Positions 63,590 through 64,000 of a stretch of DNA of 64,000 nt are shown here, piece by piece (position 1 is the stretch's first letter; the number at the start of each line of letters is the position of its first letter). The position numbers and the translations under genes are program-made. The notes beneath the pieces were generated by a model, which had not been told where the DNA came from, did no database searches, and saw only the letters and a program-made list of their open reading frames with translations. The stretch is taken from the NCBI GenBank assembly GCA_964016885.1, contig OZ024742.1:307706001-307770000 (forward strand). Reading direction: 5' to 3'. This stretch comes from Eledone cirrhosa (lineage: Eukaryota).

Positions 63590-63870
63590 TTTGACCCGGA
63601 AATCTAGAAAACAGACCATTGTGTGAAACTGGGCCCCAGATCAAGTCGACAACTGCTGTGGTCCATAGTGGGATTTGATCTGAGAACAAAAAGATCCACA
63701 CCGAACATAACATTTGCGGCTCTAACGAATCCGCCAGTCCAGAGTTCTGGCCGACACTTTATTTATTAACGTCGGATGGATTAAAGGCAAACTTGCTTTC
63801 CGTGGAAGTTGAACTCAGAACGCAAAAAGCAGGAGTAAATCCCGCAAAGGACACTGCCAATTCACCGAAA
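63590..63870 (-). mobile_element. Old S1-like SINE fragments
   Basis: TTAAAGGCAAACTTG...TTGAACTCAGAACG...CTGCCAATTCACC. Confidence 0.5.
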
Positions 63871-64000
63871 CACTAAAGTAACTTAATTCTGGCATAATAT
63901 ATTCTAAAACAAAAGCTTTGCAAAGGAAAAGTTTTTCTATCCCACCGTGGATAATAAAATTAGTTTTAAGATACCACAGCCTATCCAATAATATATACCA

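Overview
AT-rich, repeat-saturated animal genomic DNA. The SINE families and the extreme (TA)n/(CA)n/(TAA)n/(TCTA)n load suggest an octopod cephalopod (inference). No intact host gene is evident; most short ORFs in the track are microsatellite or antisense artefacts. Recognisable content: (1) a nest of at least four different R4/Dong-like restriction-endonuclease (RLE) retrotransposon 3' fragments in AAT-type repeats at 1-5.2 kb, plus another copy at 53-54 kb; (2) an apparently intact, full-length Tx1-type (L1 clade) LINE at 42.7-48.4 kb heading a head-to-tail array of four more 5'-truncated copies, all separated by (TCTA)n, and a related copy sitting in (TAA)n; (3) a decayed Rep/Pif1 Helitron at 58.2-61.9 kb and a non-autonomous relative; (4) several tRNA-derived SINE families; (5) the most unusual signal, many short non-coding elements embedded mostly in (TA)n/(CA)n that carry type-I hammerhead ribozyme cores (CUGAnGA...GAAAC...GUH). 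They often form head-to-head palindromes whose junction falls inside the ribozyme, and one sits downstream of a Penelope-type endonuclease C-terminus. Each transposon class appears to occupy its own microsatellite niche. Weak evidence suggests a decayed multi-exon host gene on the minus strand at about 19-34 kb. Repeat boundaries are read by eye and approximate.
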